A stretch of DNA of 63,280 bases, filler included, from Folioceros fuciformis (lineage: Eukaryota), in NCBI GenBank assembly GCA_049999805.1. It is 8 parts of 8 records of this genome, joined end to end, with 100 filler letters (N's around TTAATTAATTAA, not from the genome) between each part and the next. Parts side by side here need not be neighbours in the genome. Positions count along the whole stretch, not along the records: positions 58,283 to 60,056 come from JBNGIO010003604.1; positions 60,157 to 63,280 come from JBNGIO010003606.1; 6 more parts are not named here. One strand, 5' to 3'. The translations under genes were made by a program, and so were the position numbers. Position 1 is the stretch's first letter; each line of letters opens with the position of its first letter. Shown piece after piece: positions 58,283-63,280 of the stretch. Under the pieces are notes generated by a model. The model ran no database searches, was not told the DNA's origin, and saw nothing but the letters and a program-made list of their open reading frames with translations.

Positions 58283-60056
58283 CGACGATGCAGGAGACAG
58301 CGAACAGTCCCACCACGCCGCCCACCACGGCACCAACAGGCACTCCTCCGCCACTGCCAGATTTCGGACCTGCACAGGAGCGAACCTGTGAGCGCCTTTG
58401 CGTCATCCCCTTTTCGCCATCGAATGTGCATTCAGATCCTACTACTCACCTCCTCCATAGCCGCAGACGCAAGGGTTGCTGGGCCCGTTTCCCCGCACCA
58501 AGAACTGGAAAGGAGGGCACGGTGGGCATTGCCCTTTCGCCACAAGGGCATACAGCTCTGAGCAGTCCAGGTCGCTACTGCTGTGGCTCACACCACACTG
58601 GGTGACCACCTTCCTCAAGTCCGAAGCAGTGGATCCAGCGAAGCAATTGTAACGGGTCCGGAATTGGGGTGGCCTGCGTACGCAGAGCTGGCATGGTAAG
58701 GAGCATTGGAAAGTGAGACAGGGATAGCGGAGGGATGGAGGTTGGAGGGAGCTACTCACGGGTCAGAAGGATAGGGGTTGGTGCCGTTCATGTAGTTGCA
58801 GTCAATGCGGCTGCAGCGAAGGAAGGAGAGGGTGAGCTTTAAATCTTGCCAATCAGCAGAGAAGTGAGGAAGACGCTCATTGCAATTGGGAAGGGAAGCT
58901 TACAGCTGAGTAAACTTCTGGTAGAGGTCTCGGGAAGGCATGCCGTCATAAAATATGTTGTCGGTCAGTATCCTGTGTCATGTTTTGCACAGGTAAGGAA
59001 GGAGACCTGGAAGCTTTGTCTGCAACTGAAAGCTAACGGTCCATCACCACGAGGCTCACTTACAGGCTTTGCAAGTAGGGCAGATCGGTAAGTAGCCAGG
59101 TCGGAAAGGGTCCGGAAAGAAAGAGCTGGTCCATACGGCTGCGATAATCAGGATAAATCAGACCGAGGCGAGGCTGTTGGATAAGCAATCGATCCAGAAA
59201 GTGAAGATGCTGTACAACAAGCTCAGTCACGAAAGTTACTCACAAGTTTGACAGATTTTTGAGATTCTTCCAAGAATCTGGAATTCGCCCAGTGAGCGAA
59301 TTCGCGTACAGCTGCCTGCACAGGATTAAGAGAGGCAGGTTCTGAGCGGGTACGGGCCGAACNNNNNNNNNNNNNNNNNNNNNNNNNNNNNNNNNNNNNN
59401 NNNNNNNNNNNNNNNNNNNNNNNNNNNNNNNNNNNNNNNNNNNNNNNNNNNNNNNNNNNNNNGTACGGGCCGAACACGGTCCATGTCATTGCAGCTGAGA
59501 GCACTCACACGTTGTCCAGGCTGGTCATGCTTCCCATGACTTCGGGAAGGCCGCCCCACAGATTGGCGTCGTGCAAGCTCCTGCACATCCAATGTTGGGT
59601 CAGGTGATATGTGGGCTTCCCCGAAACCCAAGCCTTCAAGCATCGTCCACGAGGAGGCCGCTCTCCAGCCTGATGATCTTACAGGTAGGTAAGCCGAGTG
59701 AGGTTGGCGATTTCCGGAGGGATCGTCTGGTTTAAAGTGCTCCCCCAAAATGTCCTGCAGAACGAAAACGCAGAATGAAAATTCGAGGGTCCTCCTCCAA
59801 CTACTCAAAGCATGCATCGGTCTGAGGTGAAGGCCGATGCCGCACAATTCTGTGAGCGTCGTCAGGGCTGCGAAATCCTTCAAATTTGCCGTCAAACGGT
59901 TCCCTCCGATATACCTGCACACCAGGCAAGAATCATCCCGTAAGCCCCGAAGCTCCAGAAGACCAGTCCAGCACTCAAGGCCCGGGGACTCCCGCAGCTC
60001 AACTTACAGAGTTCGCAGTTTCTTCAAACCGAACAACTCGGGGGGCAAAGACCCTG
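58283..60056 (-). CDS. Internal fragment of a multi-exon LRR receptor (one LRR per ~70-75-nt exon, Cys-rich juxtamembrane module, start of TM); both ends truncated
   Basis: Phase-2 exons encode GSLPPELFGLKKLRTL, YIGGNRLTANLKDFAALTTLTEL, TFWGSTLNQTIPPEIANLTRLTYL, SLHDANLWGGLPEVMGSMTSLDNV, QLYANSLTGRIPDSWKNLKNLSN and RMDQLFLSGPFPTWLLTDLPYLQSL. A Cys-rich exon (58673-58450) follows, then TM VPVGAVVGGVVGLFAVSCIV. Confidence 0.82.
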
Positions 60057-60156
60057 NNNNNNNNNNNNNNNNNNNNNNNNNNNNNNNNNNNNNNNNNNNN
60101 TTAATTAATTAANNNNNNNNNNNNNNNNNNNNNNNNNNNNNNNNNNNNNNNNNNNN
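60057..60156. other. Artificial scaffold linker
   Basis: 44N-TTAATTAATTAA-44N. Confidence 0.97.
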
Positions 60157-60611
60157 GACAGTGGGATAAGTGTGGCCACTAAAGGTGGAACCCGTCGGCA
60201 ATCGGTGCCCGGGGTTTTGCCTCCACACACCCACTAGCATTAGATACATCGATCTCACCGATTCCTCAACCACAGCAATCTTCTGCACACCCAACCAGTG
60301 CAACCTTGCACCGAAAATCAGATCCTTCACTCACTAGATCCACCTTTCCATTGCCCACACCATGTCTTTCTCGTGATCACAACCAGACTCTAAACAATAG
60401 TCACCCAACCTCGCTCTCTCATTCCACACGGTTACCGACTCTTCTTCTCACGGACTTTCGACAGTTTCCTCTTCACACTCGACACACTCAACTCACTGGG
60501 CTCTCTCCTCCNNNNNNNNNNNNNNNNNNNNNNNNNNNNNNNNNNNNNNNNNNNNNNNNNNNNNNNNNNNNNNNNNNNNNNNNNNNNNNNNNNNNNNNNN
60601 NNNNNNNNNNN

Positions 60612-61960
60612 GTGAAGGGTTTCCTGCTTCCACTTGGGACTGGCGGATTCGGCCCTCTTCTGCTCCTACCTCACTACATGGCCGTCACGGGGATAATTGG
60701 GAAGCCTGACTTCCACTCGGTGAGGCTCCTCCTCCCGATTCATCCTCGAAACTCCCGTCAGGGAGCATCCACCACCTGCACACCACACCTTCAGAAAACT
60801 ACGTGCGCTCGCCTGCTTGGACCTCTCTGTTCAGCAGCGGCCATCGCTAGGCTTCCGCAAGATTGGAATGTCGGGCTGGTTTTTGCTGAATTTTCTGAGG
60901 CCCAACTCGGCCTCTTGTACACGCTAGTGGCGGGTCCTTTCCGCCATAAAGTCTGTCAGGGGTCAGTCAACGCTCTTAATTTCAGAGTGGCTTAGGTCCA
61001 AGCAAAAGCAACCTAAAAAAACACCTAGCCTATGATGCATTTACTATCGCCTCTCTCCTCACCACGGGCACCTTCCTCTTGGCCGTCGCGCTCCTCCCCT
61101 CACTGACCCGCTTTTGGCTCTCCTACCCTGCCGTTGGTTGGGTAGATCCTCCCAGAGGACCTCCACTTCACTGCTATTGCTGCTGGACCTCGCTAGCGCC
61201 GGCGCAGGTGGGTCTCATCGCAGGGAACTTCTCTCCTCCCTCTGTCGCCGATTGCTGAGGATGAGGATAGGCTCCCGCTCAACCCACTGCTGGGCCTCCT
61301 CGTCAGTCAGCTCGACCAGGACTGCCTCGAAATAGCAGTGAGGTAGTCCCCACACCCTCCAGCGGTAGTAGTAGGACCCCCTGCGGGTCCTTAGTTGCAG
61401 GTTGTAGCCCCACGTCCCTCCTAAGCCCATACGCACATATGAAAACACTTTCAGTACTCGGGCTCCTTCCACATAGAGGCTTGGCACATAAGAGGCCTCC
61501 TCAAACTGCAGCACAATCCGACCCTCTGTTGCAAAGGAAGTGCTTACCCCTTCCTCCCTTGGGCTACCTCGAGCTGCCTACCCTATGTTCTCTTGGGGTG
61601 CTGGAGGTTCCTCCATTCCCCCAGCTGCTACTCCACCCTGCTCAGTCCTTTTGGCGCGCGTCGCCCTTCCAAAACGTCGGGTCGCAGGCGCCTCCACTAC
61701 CACCTCTTTGGCTACCTCCGTTGTCGCTCGGCAACCTCACTAGGTTTTGCCCTTTCCCTTCACCCGCTCTTTGGCCTCGTCCCGTTCTCGCTTGTACCTA
61801 TCAGTCAGCTTTTGGGCTTGCTCCACCAAGGCCACTTCCTGCTCCTGTGCCCTGGCTACCTCATGTTGCATCTCCAAGTTAGTTCCATGGGCTTCCCTCA
61901 CCTGAGCTAGGAGCGACTCCTACTGCTCCTTTAGTGCCTGAACTTCTACCCTCGCCTGGG
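60612..61960 (-). pseudogene. Decayed coiled-coil-type ORF, probably TE-borne
   Basis: Frameshifted or stop-interrupted charged segments such as EMQHEVARAQEQEVALVEQAQKLTDRYKRERDEAKE and ELTDEEAQQWVERE; abuts an LTR. Confidence 0.4.
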
Positions 61961-61964
61961 GGGC

Positions 61965-62199
61965 TGTTAAACCCCATTAGGGATGACCCGCTAGGGTTGT
62001 ATATATATAACCATGGTCACGGGTTAAGTAATTAGGGTTGTATAGAGAAGGTCACTTAGAATTAAACAACTTATGTATATAAGACACTCTTTTGATCACT
62101 TAATATTATTGTCTTGTTTTCTCTATGACAAGTTTGCTCTTGTCTGCATCTTCTACCATCTCTAGAATATTGTCTAGAATATTGACATGGTATCAGAGC
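61965..62199 (+). mobile_element. Putative ~220-bp LTR (TG...CA, 61965-62187) followed by a tRNA-iMet primer-binding site (62188-62199)
   Basis: TGGTATCAGAGC lies immediately after ...TTGACA. The candidate LTR start TGTTAA at 61965 is preceded by a G-run, and TATA-like motifs lie inside. Confidence 0.75.
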
Positions 62200-63280
62200 A
62201 GTCAATACTTTGTCCTTAGAGCAATAGGAGAGGGGTATAGCATCTAAGAAATGCTCTTGCATTTTTTGCTTAGATATTATACTCCTTCTTATATATTTTT
62301 AGTCTGAAAGATTATTTTATGGTAATGATGCTGACGCTGAAATGTTTTACAAACACAGCGCCCAGCACCACTACTAAATATGGATGTTGGCCAATGTGTT
62401 CTAAAAACATCCACTGGAGAAACTATAGATAAACTATGCAGACAATGGCATTTGAAAATGCCTCGAAGCAATAGAAATCGAGAGCCTGGAATGAGAAGCT
62501 ACTTTAGCTTCATCCCAAACAGGCCTGGCTAGGGAAGGACAAGACTGTGTTTTCCTTTAGTGGCTGGGGTCCCACGACATCAGCAATTCTCTCGACCTCC
62601 CCTACATCCAAATGCGACCAAGTTTGGGTTAGCACAGGCTCAAGGACCTTGCTTACATAATCACAGACACGCTAGACACAAAAGCAATTCAATTAGTCAC
62701 CTGCCTGCCGAGACACCAACACCACCATCATCCTCCAATCTAGTGGATTTGAAGTTGATGCTCACAGTTCAAGCAGCCAAGAATCAGGCCCTCACAGGAC
62801 AAATTCTCTCCGAAATCTCTCTGCTCAAAGCCCAAATATCCATTTTGACATAGCAATTTGGAAGCTTTGATATGCAAGAGGGATCACAAGCCAACAGCGA
62901 GCACAGTTGCTGCCATCACACCTTATTTTGAGGCCACAGCCTTGATCTCCCAGCCTCACGATCCTGCACAGGAAACGCGAGATCTCAAACGGCACCAGTG
63001 TTTTCTGAAGTGGCGCATGCTTGTAGGAAGGAGCTAACCGGATCATGCTGTGAACCTCCAAAGTTTGGGGTAGTAGTTTGTTTTGGTTGAAAAAGGGTTA
63101 ATAGTGGTATGGTTTGGTTTTCTTTTTCAACTTATTTTCCCTAATTTTCCTTGATTTTCTGGTCATTTTTCCTATTTTTCTTTGTGCTAATTGGGTTAAT
63201 TGACCAGGAAATAGTTGGTTTGGTTATAAGAGTGGGTATAGGTTTGGTCCCAGACCTGGGAAGGTTTAGGTTCGGTACCA

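Noticed and set aside
59064-59138. Suspected frameshift in an LRR exon
   Set aside because: On recount the exon is 75 nt and phase-consistent (RMDQLFLSGPFPTWLLTDLPYLQSL).
63265-63280. Possible minus-strand PBS (TGGTACCGAACC) at the window end
   Set aside because: Imperfect match, and the adjoining LTR would lie outside the window, so it cannot be supported.

Overview
Eukaryotic land-plant draft genomic DNA. Short introns, GC-rich exons and the gene types suggest a non-seed plant such as a hornwort or lycophyte; this is an inference. The window is NOT contiguous: seven identical 100-nt linkers (44 N + TTAATTAATTAA + 44 N) join eight separate scaffolds, so neighbourhood arguments hold only within a segment. 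Supported genes: a BES1/BZR1 transcription factor (3'-truncated); an uncharacterised plant protein with a PDZ-like C-terminus; an intronless sterol 3-beta-HSD/C4-decarboxylase; a small plant-specific protein with a WQ..ILxGEKC motif; an intronless cluster-IV-like HAK/KUP transporter; a predicted Tat-targeted thylakoid-lumen protein with three internal repeats; two tandem LRR receptor kinases; a three-exon Mdm35/TRIAP1 gene missed by the ORF track; a euANT (ANT/PLT/BBM/APB) AP2 factor with the 9-nt VYL micro-exon; a DUF1442 protein; ribonucleotide reductase small subunit; and a one-LRR-per-exon receptor fragment. Intergenic DNA holds a decayed copia element with a nested insertion, a fungal-like Tad1 LINE, a CRE-like endonuclease remnant, an LTR with PBS, an unclassified dispersed repeat family and several minisatellites. 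The most interesting candidate system is the tandem receptor pair. Both combine a BIR-type 5-LRR ectodomain with an FLS2/LRR-XII-type kinase; one kinase looks active (non-RD) and the other is a pseudokinase. All homology calls are from motif recognition by eye and need database confirmation.
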